A DNA stretch of 56,240 nucleotides, taken from the NCBI RefSeq assembly GCF_006345805.1, contig NW_021833907.1, positions 1 to 56,240 of the forward strand, given 5' to 3'. Position 1 is the first letter of the stretch; every line of letters starts with the position of its first letter. Below, one piece after another: positions 12,478-24,029 of this stretch. A program made the translations under genes and the position numbers. This stretch comes from Octopus sinensis. Taxonomy: Eukaryota. The notes under the pieces are model-generated. The model saw nothing but the letters and a program-made list of their open reading frames with translations. It was not told the origin of the DNA and did not search any database.

Positions 12478-13580
12478 CATATATATAATATGTATATATT
12501 ATATATGTATATATATATATATAAAGAACTTTTTTCGGTTTCTGTCTACCTAATCCACTCGTAAGGCTTTGGTCGGCCTTAGGCTATAGTAGAAGAGACT
12601 TTCCCAAATTGCCATGCAGTGAACTGAACCTGGAACTATCTGCTTGCAAAACATGATTCTTACCACGCAGCCACGCCTATGCATGTGTGTTTATGTATAA
12701 GTCTATATATAGGATGAACAGGACAAACAAATATTTAAATAATAATTCTGACGTGCATGTAACAATGTTATGGTTGCTTGGAACCAAATGCTCACCGACA
12801 AATGATTGTCAGGAACAACATTATTCTATTAAGTTGCATAGTTATAGAATGATAGAGAGACAGGGAAAAATAAATCATATATACATGTGTGTGTAGATAC
12901 AAATGTTAAATCTTAAAAGAAAAGTAACAAAAATTTATTTACCTTTATAAAGCCGACTCCAAATATTACTTCAGTTTCAAATTTTTTTACAGAAATTAAA
13001 AGACTTATCCACTTATCTGAATATTCTATTGCCTCATATAATTTTTTTGTCTCACCTTCCAGCTTCTATCCGAAATGCATACTGAATGAAATATCCTGTT
13101 GTAATAATTCTCTATATTTTTTAAACGAGAGTGGCAGTATTTTCCCTTGATGTATGTGATTGGCTGAAATACTTTAATATCCGGAAAATAAATCCATATT
13201 CCAGCTAGTCACCATTCCTACACGTCAAGTGTTGAAATGGTCGCTGTGCAATATGAGATGAATTGGTCTGCGCACAATACACCACTCGTCCCAGGATCTG
13301 AAATCATGACCTTAATCAAGATTTCATGTGTCCTCGACTTCTAAAATATTACCAAAACTTTATTTTTCATATATCCTGGCAACACCCAGAGAATATTCTT
13401 ATGTACTTGACACATTTCTAAAACAAACGCCATTGTTTTAGAGGCGTTTCGGTCATGATCATCACGTCGATTTACTTACATCGTATTGTGTGTTCTATTC
13501 TTCCGTGGTTAAGACGGTAGGGTGTGAGACAGTAGAATATCATTGTCTCAAATGCTTACGATAGGGCTGATAGCGCAAAT

Positions 13581-13928
13581 GAGTAAGAAAGACATGGTTC
13601 CGGGTTCAGTCCCGTTGCGAGATAGCTTGGCTGAGTGTCTTCTGCTATAGCCTAGGGCCGACCAAAACGATGGTGAGTGGATTTCATAGATGGAAACTCA
13701 AATAAGTCCGTCGTATGTGTGTGTGTAAATTTGAAGTCTTATTCGTCCGTCCACCATCCCTTGACAATCGATGTTGGTGTGCTTACGTCCCTGTAACCTA
13801 GCGGTTCTGTAAAAGAAACTGATAGAATATTAATAGGCTTACAAAGATTAATCCTAGGGTCGATTTGTTCAACTAAGGCGGAGCTCCAACATGGCCGCAG
13901 CCAAATGACTGAACCAAGTCAAAGAATA
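13581..13928 (-). mobile_element. Octopus-type SINE, reverse orientation (paralogs at ~32340-32590 and ~46085-46452)
   Basis: Reverse complement of the ...gtcatttgactgcggccatgctggagc...tttccgtctaccaaatccactc...ctatagcagaagacac...gaacccggaaccatg family seen forward at 31635-31991. Confidence 0.75.
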
Positions 13929-14582
13929 GTCACGATGGGCTTCTTTCAGTTTCCATCTAACAAATCCACTCCTGAAGATTTTGAGAGTTCAATGGCTACA
14001 GTAGAAGACATGTGCGTGGTGAGCCACGCAGTGGAAATGAACCCGAAACCAGCTTTGGGAGCAAGCATCTAACCACACAGCCGCGCCTAAACATGCCCCC
14101 CTACACAGATTCAATCTAAGGAAACACGCATAAAGATGAGACACGCTCCAAGCCGTTCACTTTATAATTTGTTAAAACCATTAACATGGTGTCCATTAGT
14201 GAGTAATGCTGTGTTTTGTTTTATTTCTCCTACACATTGATTTCAAATTTTGGCAAACAACACCAGCAATTTCGGGAGAGGGAGTAAGTTGATTGCATCG
14301 ACCCGTACATAACCGATATTGATTTCATCGACCCCGAAAGGATAAAAGGCAAAGACAACCTCGGCGGAATATTTCTACTTAATATTTAATATTATTTCGT
14401 TCATGCATTTTTGAAATTGGGTGTTAAAACAGAAATACTTCTATTTGGAGATGGTCGTCTGTTGCCAATGAAAACACACGCAATATATATTTGATCTTCA
14501 CTTTATAATTATTGTTCTTGTCGTTGTTGTTGTTGTTATCATTGGTACGCTGGGCGAAACGCTTAGAAGTATTTCGTCTGCC

Positions 14583-14805
14583 AAAAGGCGGTGAGCTGGC
14601 AGAAACGTTAGCACGTCAGGCGAAATGCTTAGCAGGATTTCGTCTGTGGTTACGTTCTAAGTTCTAATTCCGCCGAGGTTGACTTTGCCTTTCATCATTT
14701 CGGAGGCGATTAAATAAGTACCAGTTACGCACTGGGGTTGATATAATCGACTCAATCCGTTTGTCTGTCCTTGTTTGCCCTTGTGGGTAGTAAAGAAATA
14801 GGTAT
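14583..14805 (+). mobile_element. tRNA-derived SINE (paralogs at ~33279-33500, 33858-34050, 47050-47285, 47488-47690)
   Basis: Head ggcggtgagctggcagaaacgttagcacg (A-box-like), gttctaagttctaattccgccgagg (B-box-like), body aagtaccagttacgcactgggg. Confidence 0.8.
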
Positions 14806-14941
14806 TTCGCCTTTCACTACGTTCTGAGTTCAAATTCCGCCGAGGTTGACTTTGCCTTTCATCCTTTCGGGGACGATAAATTCAGTACCAGTTACACACT
14901 GGGATCGATGTAATGGACTTGTCCATGTGCTTCAAGTAGAC

Positions 14942-14944
14942 ATT

Positions 14945-14975
<31 letters not shown>

Positions 14976-15003
14976 TTATTATTATTATCATTTTTATTAT
15001 TAC

Positions 15004-15034
<31 letters not shown>

Positions 15035-15096
15035 TTCATTATTATTGTTATTATTATTGTTATTGTTGTTATTATTATTATTATTATTATTTTCAA

Positions 15097-15136
<40 letters not shown>
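14942..15136. repeat. (ATT)n microsatellite forming the left flank of the PLE dimer
   Basis: Directly visible. Confidence 0.95.
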
Positions 15137-15139
<3 letters not shown>

Positions 15140-15806
15140 CAAGGACAGGTTTTATTAAAAGTTGCAAAGATTACAGCATATAAACGAGTCCCGTACTCAT
15201 CAGCTAAAATACATGTAAGTTCTCTAGACATCCTAGTGTTTGAGGCTATACTCATGAAGTAATGTAGATAATTAAACAGATTCTAAAGTTCATTAAAGTT
15301 CTTTAAAGATGATGTACAGTCTTATCACAGAATTTTAAAAAAGTTTTGATAGCATCACAGAGAAGGTGACCTAATCCATATGAATTTCCATAGATATGAT
15401 GAGGGATTATATACTCACAGAAGACAAATTTATCCATTGTTAATTACAACGAGGTGGGTCTCAATTCCTGCTTATTAGTATTACAGAGAGGGTGAATTAA
15501 TCCTTTGTATATATGCACAGATTCCAATGGTGTAGATGTAATTTCCAGAGAAATGGAGATGAATTTCATATTCACAGGCGATAAATTTTACAATGGTTGA
15601 ACACAATGAGGTAGGTATCAATCCTTGTTATATGATTAGGTGTTTGCCACATTAATCACATTACTGCTATTCACAAGAGGCTGTAGCTATTTAACTCTTA
15701 AAGGCTGAAGGGCTTACTAGATCGGCCAAGAATAGAGAAGGGAATAGAAGAAAGAGAGAAAATAATGGAGGAGGGAGCAAAAAGGGGGGAAAGGGGGACT
15801 AAAAGA
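15137..15806 (-). repeat. 3' pseudo-LTR of the minus-strand PLE copy, truncated inside the hammerhead
   Basis: Direct repeat of ~19692-20358. It ends at ...gtccttgtat, abutting (AAT)n. Confidence 0.9.
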
Positions 15807-16643
15807 GAAGAGAAAAGGAAACAGAGAATAAGAAGAAGAAAAAGAAAAAAGAGAAAAGAGAAAGAAATAGGGAAAGAAGGGAAAAAAGAAAAAGAAAAAA
15901 AGAGGGTTCTAGTTATACAGAAGAGTTAGTAGACTGTAAGTCTGGTTTTAATCAACAGGCATCTAGGAACTAGAGGAGAATATTATTCTTTGACCAGTAA
16001 ACCGTTAATTTATTGCTGTTGAAATCAGCTATGAGTTTAAAGAGAATCTAAAGAGATAACACAGTCAGGGGTTAAGGGGTCATGCTAAAATCACCAGAAA
16101 ATACATTAGGAAAATCTAAGTATAATCTTATCAAAAAGTCATTAAAAATTTACTTATTTAATTTATTCATTTTATTGTCTTAAGGAGTTGTCGTTATTAT
16201 TCATACATTGACTGACTACAGGTCAAATCTTATAAGATCATTTACAAGGTGTTAGGGGATTGTCTATCATAATGATATAATCATATTATCACCGAGGGAA
16301 TAGCCTTATTTATTTAATTATGAAATAGAATTATGGGGCTACAGTAACTAATTATAATTTATTAGAGTTATGCTATTTAAATTAGATTAAGTTAGGAATT
16401 AAAATTAATATTACAATTAAGATTTAAAATTAAGAATTTAAAAATTGTGAGTTTGAAATTAAATAAAGCCTCAATTAAGTAGCGAATAAGTACTATTCAT
16501 TTCCCTGTCTCAAAAAACTGATGCAGATATAAGGAAAAAGATAAAGATAACTGTAATGTGAGAACTCTTAGTTATCTACTTAAAGCAGTGCTATACTAGT
16601 AGAAATCAAGTTATATCTATCTATCTAGTTATGAATATTCCAA

Positions 16644-19467
16644 TCATTTAAAATATTTTAAAGTCTTCAATTTAGCGTGGACACAAACGTGACCTAGTTC
16701 GATATGGTTATTCAATAAGTTTCTATGTTTACTATGCTTTAGAATTTCGTACGTCTCCATGGAGCATAGTTGACAACCAACCCTACTATTTTTATACGGA
16801 ATTGCTCTCCTAACTATTTCCCAATTAAGGGTAATAATTTATTATTATTTTTGAGTTCTCAGATTTTGTTTGAAAGTGTGTGGGTACAAGCTTTATGACG
16901 TAATTTAAAAGTCGAGATGTGATTTCTAACCCTGGCTAAAAAATTAATTGTACAGCCAATGTAAAAATATTTGTTATTCTCCGTGGATATGGTACATTTA
17001 TAGATTACATTATTTTCCTACATAGACCAGGTGCCGGGCATTTTGATTTTATTCTACACTTACACACAGGAGGAACAACTTCAGGCCTTGGATTATTCCT
17101 GGGTAGATGTTTAAGGTTCATATTATTTTGATTATCATTTCTATAGTTGGTGCTGATATCTAAAGTATTGTTATTATTTATTGATCCTTCTGTTTCATCA
17201 TTTAGGTGTAAAGTCCTACCAAGATTCTTATATATTCGTAATGTTATTATTATGTTAGTCTTTTTATCCAACTGTATATTATTGTTATAGATATCACTGA
17301 TATTTTCATTCTCCTTATTTTCTCCATTAGCCTTATTTCTATTATTTCTATTATTAACAATATTACTTCTATTAATATCGGCATTGTTATTATTACTATT
17401 AATGTTAATGTTATTAGTCATTCTGTGGTTACTAATTTCACCATGTTTTGATAGTTCCTATTGTTGTTTTTATTGTTGGTAGTATTATTGTTATTGCTAT
17501 TGTATTCATTCTGATATTATTATTTTTATTTCTATCTTTCCTGGCTAGTTTAATTTTGTTATTATTAATTTTAGCTATTAAAGTGGACATATTTGGGAGG
17601 GTTGAATAAGAAATCCTAACTGTTTTCCTAGAATAATTCTATGATATCTATGAGAGATAGGGAAATTTTTTCCAGAATCACTTTGAATTTGTTCTGTATA
17701 TCCGATTGTATCGCACAGTTGAAAGGAATATTCAGCCATAATATATCTTTTTTATAAAATTTAGGGTTCGTAGAATTACTACTATTCATCTCACCGGAGT
17801 TATTGTATTATTACCATTATTTTTATTTTTATTTGTGTGCATCTTAGGTTTATCTACTTCAATCTTATCCGAGTTACCTATGTTCTGGTCAATGCTTCTA
17901 TTTGAATTGTTGGGCCTGTACTCTAGATTAGCGTTTACCGTTAATTTAATTCTACTTTTATTTCGGGCTTGGTCTTTTTTGCTGCTTACGTGATTACTGA
18001 TAACTTCATTATTAGGAATACGTGAGTTCTCCTTATCAACGAATGTAATCTTTTGGTTGTATCCAGCCTTAGTTAACGCCGCATTATAATGCTCAGAATG
18101 GGAGTTAAATATATCCTTATTGGATGATAATTTTGAAATTCTTAATGAATATTTCTTACTAAAGATTCTATTATATTTGGGGGATGATTATATTTATTTA
18201 CGTAATTCGTGACTTCGCCTTCCTTCTAAATGGGTAATGTAGCTTGGAGTTAAGGTCTAGGTAATATCTAGGAAATTAGCTATTTTAGTGCCCGGTTCAT
18301 ACGTTATACTGAGGTTGAAATCCTTAAAGAACTTATTAATTTTCTTTCTAATCCTTTCTATAACAGATTTATTATTACTAGGGATAACAAACAGAGCATC
18401 ATCCCTATATAGACCCCCCTGTATTTCTGGGATATCCTTGCTTATGCATTTTAATAGATATGCGCCTACTAGGTTGGTTACCTCAGCCGAATCACTGGAA
18501 CCCATTGGTATATCAAAAAAATTTGGTGTATCTGCTCTAGTCCATAATTTATCTTCAAATTCAATAAATGTCTTCCTAGCTAGTAGCACAATATTGATTT
18601 CTTCTCTAGTTATGAGGGAGCGATTCATGGCAAATATTAGTGATTTGTTGAGTAAGATAGGGGAACTGCTAGAGTAATAACTATTAATATCGAACTGAAT
18701 AAAGGACAGACTACTAGTATTAGTTAGAGAGTTAAACCATTTTAGAACTTCGTCGGTACTTAGCCATAGGTTTAAGGGGAGAAGAGGGGTTATTTGGGGT
18801 AGAACAGTATCCAGGATAGATTTACTAAGTCGGCCAATGTCCGACTTAGTTGGACAGATCAGCCTTACCGAAGGGTTATCCAAGAAGTCCTTTTTGTGGT
18901 CTTTAAGGTTGATCCTGGGTTCACAGGGTTTAAGTGGCTCCGTTCTATCTGTTAAATTTAGTTTCTCCATGATCTCTTTCATTTCCATGTTTACTTTTTT
19001 CAAATGGTTCTTAGTTGTAATTTTATATTGGAGTTTAGTTCTTTCCTAATTAATTTGCTATAAATATCGTAATCAACTCTATACATATACCCGTTTTATC
19101 TGCTGGTACTAGGATTCCATGTTTGCACCGGTTGACTGAATAAAGTTCCTAAGGTGTCTAAGGTGAGGGTATATCTTAACGGGTGTTCATTGAAGCTAAT
19201 ATCATCTATAAGATTCAGCAAGTCTTTCTCAAAGTTCTCCAGGAATGGGTTCTGAGGTGGGCTTTTTCTACTTTTAAAAATTCTTCTAAAATTCTTTTCG
19301 GTATTCATTTCCTGGGTTTCTTCTTCTGTTTGACATCAAAATGGTACGTTTTCCACCTGATTCTTCTAATGAAATCGTTAATCCTATGAATGAGAAGCCA
19401 ATTATATTCATCTATACTATGTAAGGGGATGTCTCTTAGGGGAGAACTCAATGTTTACTTTTTCCAT
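16644..19467 (-). CDS. PLE polyprotein, left copy (RT - CxCx5Cx5C linker - GIY-YIG), ~940 aa once 1-nt indels are corrected
   Basis: Starts MEKVNIEFSP.DIPLHS. RT motifs FIQFDINSYY, FDIPMGSSDSAEVTNLVGAYLL, GLYRDDAL, ANFLDIT. Linker CKCRIKSKCPAPGLC. Endonuclease VIYKCTISTENNKYFYIGCT..RNH..CQLCSMETYEI..HVCVH. Confidence 0.9.
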
Positions 19468-20358
19468 TCTTGTTGAGAAATTAAGTACCAGAAAAACATA
19501 CAGACTGTATGGGAATATATTCAAAGAGCAATAAAGATTCAAGTTATTTTAAAAAAAAATTTACTTGAATATGGTACCTAACTTAGATGCACCAAAAAAC
19601 TATACTGATTTAACAATACAGTAATGTGGGGGGTGATTATAAGCGAGAAAGAAGCAACAAGAATGGATAGGTTTTTTAGTACGATCGTTTCATACAGGAC
19701 AGGTTTTATTAAAAGTTGCAAAGATTACAGCATATAAACGAGTCCCGTACTCATCAGCTAAAATACATGTAAGTTCTCTAGACTCCTAGTGTTTGAGGCT
19801 ATACTCATGAAGTAATGTAGATAATTAAACAGATTTCTAAAGTTCATTAAAGTTCTTTAAAGATGATGTACAGTCTTATCACAGAATTTTAAAAAGTTTT
19901 GATAGCATCACAGAGAAGGTGACCTAATCCATATGAATTTCCATAGATATGATGAGGGATTATATCTCACAGAAGACAAATTTATCCATTGTTAATTACA
20001 ACGAGGTGGGTCTCAATTCCTGCTTATTAGTATTACAGAGAGGGTGAATTAATCCTTTGTATATATGCACAGATTCCAATGGTGTAGATGTAAATTTCCA
20101 GAGAACTGGAGATGAATTTCATATTCACAGGCGATAAATTTTACCATGGTTTGAACAAATGAGGTAGGTATCAATCCTTGTTATATGATTAGGTGTTTGC
20201 CACATTAATCACATTACTGCTATTCACAAGAGGCTGTAGCTATTTAACTCTTAAAGGCTGAAGGGCTACTAGATCGGCCAAGAATAGAGAAGGAATAGAA
20301 GAAAAGAGAGAAAATAATGGAGGGGAGCAAAAAGGGGGGGGGGAAGGGGGACAAAAGA
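19468..20358 (-). repeat. 5' pseudo-LTR and leader of the left PLE copy (also the spacer of the palindrome)
   Basis: Homologous to 15137-15806 (direct) and 24030-24870 (inverted). Runs directly into the ATG at 19467. Confidence 0.9.
19674..19763 (-). ncRNA. Type I hammerhead ribozyme, complete; predicted cleavage after GUA (A = complement of 19680)
   Basis: Stem I UUUUAG/CUAAAA, core CUGAUGA, stem II GUACGGGAC/GUCCUGUAU (9 bp), GAAA, stem III AC-GAUC-GU (palindrome ACGAUCGU), A17. Confidence 0.9.
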
Positions 20359-23186
20359 ATGGAAAAGTAAACATTGAGTTCTCCCCTAAAGACATCCCCT
20401 TACATAGTATAGATGAATATAATTGGCTTCTCTTCATAGGATTAACGATTTCATTAGAAGAATCAGGTGGAAAACGTACCATTTTGATGTCAAACAGAAG
20501 AAGAAACCTCAGGAAATGAATACCGAAAAGAATTTTAGAAGAATTTTTAAAAGTAGAAAAAGCCCACCTCAGAACCCATTCCTGGAGAACTTTGAGAAAG
20601 ACTTGCTGAATCTTATAGATGATATTAGCTTCAATGAACACCCGTTAAGATATAACCCTCACCTTAGACACCTTAGGAACTTTATTCAGTCAACCCGGTG
20701 CAAACATGGAATCCTAGTACCAGCAGATAAAACGGGTAATATGTATAGAGTTGATTACGATATTTATAGCAAATTAATTAGGAAAGAACTAAACTCCAAA
20801 TATAAAATTACAACTAAGAACAATTTGAAAAAAGTAAACATGGAAATGAAAGAGATCATGGAGAAACTAAATTTAACAGATAGAACGGAGCCACTTAAAC
20901 CCTGTGAACCCAGGATCAACCTTAAAGACCACAAAAAGGACTTCTTGGATAACCCTTCGGTAAGGCTGATCTGTCCAACTAAGTCGGACATTGGCCGACT
21001 TAGTAAATCTATCCTGGATACTGTTCTACCCCAATAACCCCTCTTCTCCCCTTAACCTATGGCTAAGTACCGACGAAGTTCTAAATGGTTTAACTCTCTA
21101 ACTAATACTAGTAGTCTGTCCTTTATTCAGTTCGATATTAATAGTTATTACTCTAGCAGTTCCCTATCTTACTCAACAAATCACTAATATTTGCCATGAA
21201 TCGCTCCCTCATAACTAGAGAAGAAATCAATATTGTGCTACTAGCTAGGAAGACATTTATTGAATTGAAGATAAATTATGGACTAGAGCAGATACACCAA
21301 ATTTTTTTGATATACCAATGGGTTCCAGTGATTCGGCTGAGGTAACCAACCTAGTAGGCGCATATCTATTAAAATGCAAAGCAAGGATATCCCAGAAATA
21401 CAGGGGGGTCTATATAGGGATGATGCTCTGTTTGTTATCCCTAGTAATAATATCTGTTATAGAAAGGATTAGAAAGAAAATTAATAAGTTCTTTAAGGAT
21501 TTCAACCTCAGTATAACGTATGAACGGGCACTAAAATAGCTAATTTCCTAGATATTACCCTAGACCTTAACTCCAAGCTACATTACCCATTTAGAAAGGA
21601 AGGCGAAGTCACGAATTACGTAAATAAATTATCAAATCATCCCCCAAATATAATAGAATCTTTAGTAAGAAATATTTCATTAAGAATTTCAAAATTATCA
21701 TCCAATAAGGATATATTTAACTCCCATTCTGAGCATTATAATGCGGCGTTAACTAAGGCTGGATACAACCAAAAGATTACTTCGTTGATAAGGAGAACTC
21801 ACGTATTCCTAATAATGAAGTTATCAGTAATCACGTAAGCAGCAAAAAAGACCAAGCCCGAAATAAAAGTAGAATTAAATTAACGGTAAACGCTAATCTA
21901 GAGTACATGCCCAACAATTCAAATAGAAGCATTGACCAGAACATAGGTAACTCGGATAAGATTGAAGTAGATAAACCTAAGATGCACACAAATAAAAATA
22001 AAAATAATGGTAATAAATACAATAACTCCGGTGAGATGAATAGTAGTAATTCTACGAACCCTAAATTTTAAAAAAAGATATATTATGGCTGAATATTCCT
22101 TTCAACTGTGCGATACAATCGGATATCAGAACAAATTCAAAGTGATTCTGGAAAAAAATTTCCCTATCTCTCATAGATATCATAGAATTATTTCTAGGAA
22201 AACAGTTAGGATTTCTTATTCAACCCTCCCAAATATGTCCACTTTAATAGCTAAAATTAATAATAACAACATTAAACTAGCCAGGAAAGATAGAAATAAA
22301 AATAATAATATCAGAATGAATACCAATAGCAATAACAATAATACTACCACAACAAAAAAACAACAATAGGAACTATCAAAACATAGGTGAAATTAGTAAC
22401 CACAGAATGACTAATAACATTAACATTAATAGTAATAATAACAATGCCGATATTAATAGAAGTAATATTGTTAATATAGAAATAATAGAAATAAGGCTAA
22501 TGGAGAAAATAAGGAGAATGAAAATATCAGTGATATCTATAACAATAATATACAGTTGGATAAAAAGACTAACAATAATAATAACATTACGAATAATATA
22601 AGAAATCTTGGTAGGACTTTACACCTAAATGATGAAACAGAAGGATCAATAAATAATAACAATACTTTAGATATCAGCACCAACTATAGAAATGATAATC
22701 AAAATAATATGAACCTTAAACATCTACCCAGGAATAATCCAAGGCCTGAAGTTGTTCCTCCTGTGTGTAAGTGTAGAATAAAATCAAAATGCCCGGCACC
22801 TGGTCTATGTAGGGAAATAATGTAATCTATAAATGTACCATATCCACGGAGAATAACAAATATTTTTACATTGGCTGTACAATTAATTTTTTAGCCAGAG
22901 TTAGAAATCACATCTCGACTTTTAAATTACGTCATAAAGCTGGTACCACCACACTTTCAAACAAAATCTGGGAACTCAAAAATAATAATAAAAATTATAC
23001 CCTTAATTGGGAAATAGTTAGGAGAGCAATTCCGTATAAAAATAGTAGGGTTGGTTGTCAACTATGCTCCATGGAGACGTACGAAATTCTAAAGCATAGT
23101 AAACATAGAAACTTATTGAATAACCATATCGAACTAGGTCACGTTTGTGTCCACGCTAATTGAAGACTTTAAAATATTTTAAATGA
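20359..23186 (+). CDS. PLE polyprotein, right copy (RT - Zn linker - GIY-YIG), frameshifted as assembled
   Basis: Near-identical inverse of 16644-19467. Its frameshifts mostly lie in homopolymers and differ from those of the left copy, so the consensus appears open. Confidence 0.9.
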
Positions 23187-24029
23187 TTGGAATATTCATA
23201 ACTAGATAGATAGATATAACTTGATTTCTACTAGTATAGCACTGCTTTAAGTAGATAACTAAGAGTTCTCACATTACAGTTATCTTTATCTTTTTCCTTA
23301 TATCTGCATCAGTTTTTTGAGAACAGGGAAATGAATAGTACTTATTCGCTACTAATTGAGGCTTTATTTAATTTCAAACTCACAATTTTTAAATTCTTAA
23401 TTTTAAATCTTAATTGTAATATTTAATTTTAATTCCTAACTTAATCTAATTTAAATAGCATAACTCTAATAAATTATAATTAGTTACTGTAGCCCCATAA
23501 TTCTATTTCATAATTAAAAATAAATAAGGCTATTCCCTCGGTGATAATATGATTATCTTCATTATGATAGACAATCCCCTAACACCTTGTAAATGATCTT
23601 ATAAGATTTGACCTGTAGTCAGTCAATGTATGAATAATACGACAACTCCTTAAGACAATAAAATGAATAAATTAAATAAGTAAATTTTTAATGACTTTTT
23701 GATAAGATTATACTTAGATTTTCCTAATGTATTTTCTGGTGATTTTAGCATCTGACCCCTTAACCCCTGACTGTGTTATCTCTTTAGATTCTCTTTAAAC
23801 TCATAGCTGATTTCAACAGCAATAAATTAACGGTTTACTGGTCAAAGAATAATATTCTCCTCTAGTTCCTAGATGCCTGTTGATTAAAACCAGACTTACA
23901 GTCTACTAACTCTTCTGTATAACTAGAACCCTCTTTTTTCTTTTTCTTTTTTTCCCTTCTTTCCCTATTTCTTTCTCTTTTCTCTTTTTTTCTTTTTTCT
24001 TCTTCTTATTCTCTGTTTCCTTTCTCTTC

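Noticed and set aside
16644-23186. Selenocysteine or programmed frameshift readthrough, as in Naiad PLEs
   Set aside because: The endonuclease is C-terminal, not Naiad-like, and the breaks are mostly copy-specific homopolymer indels rather than shared in-frame TGA codons.
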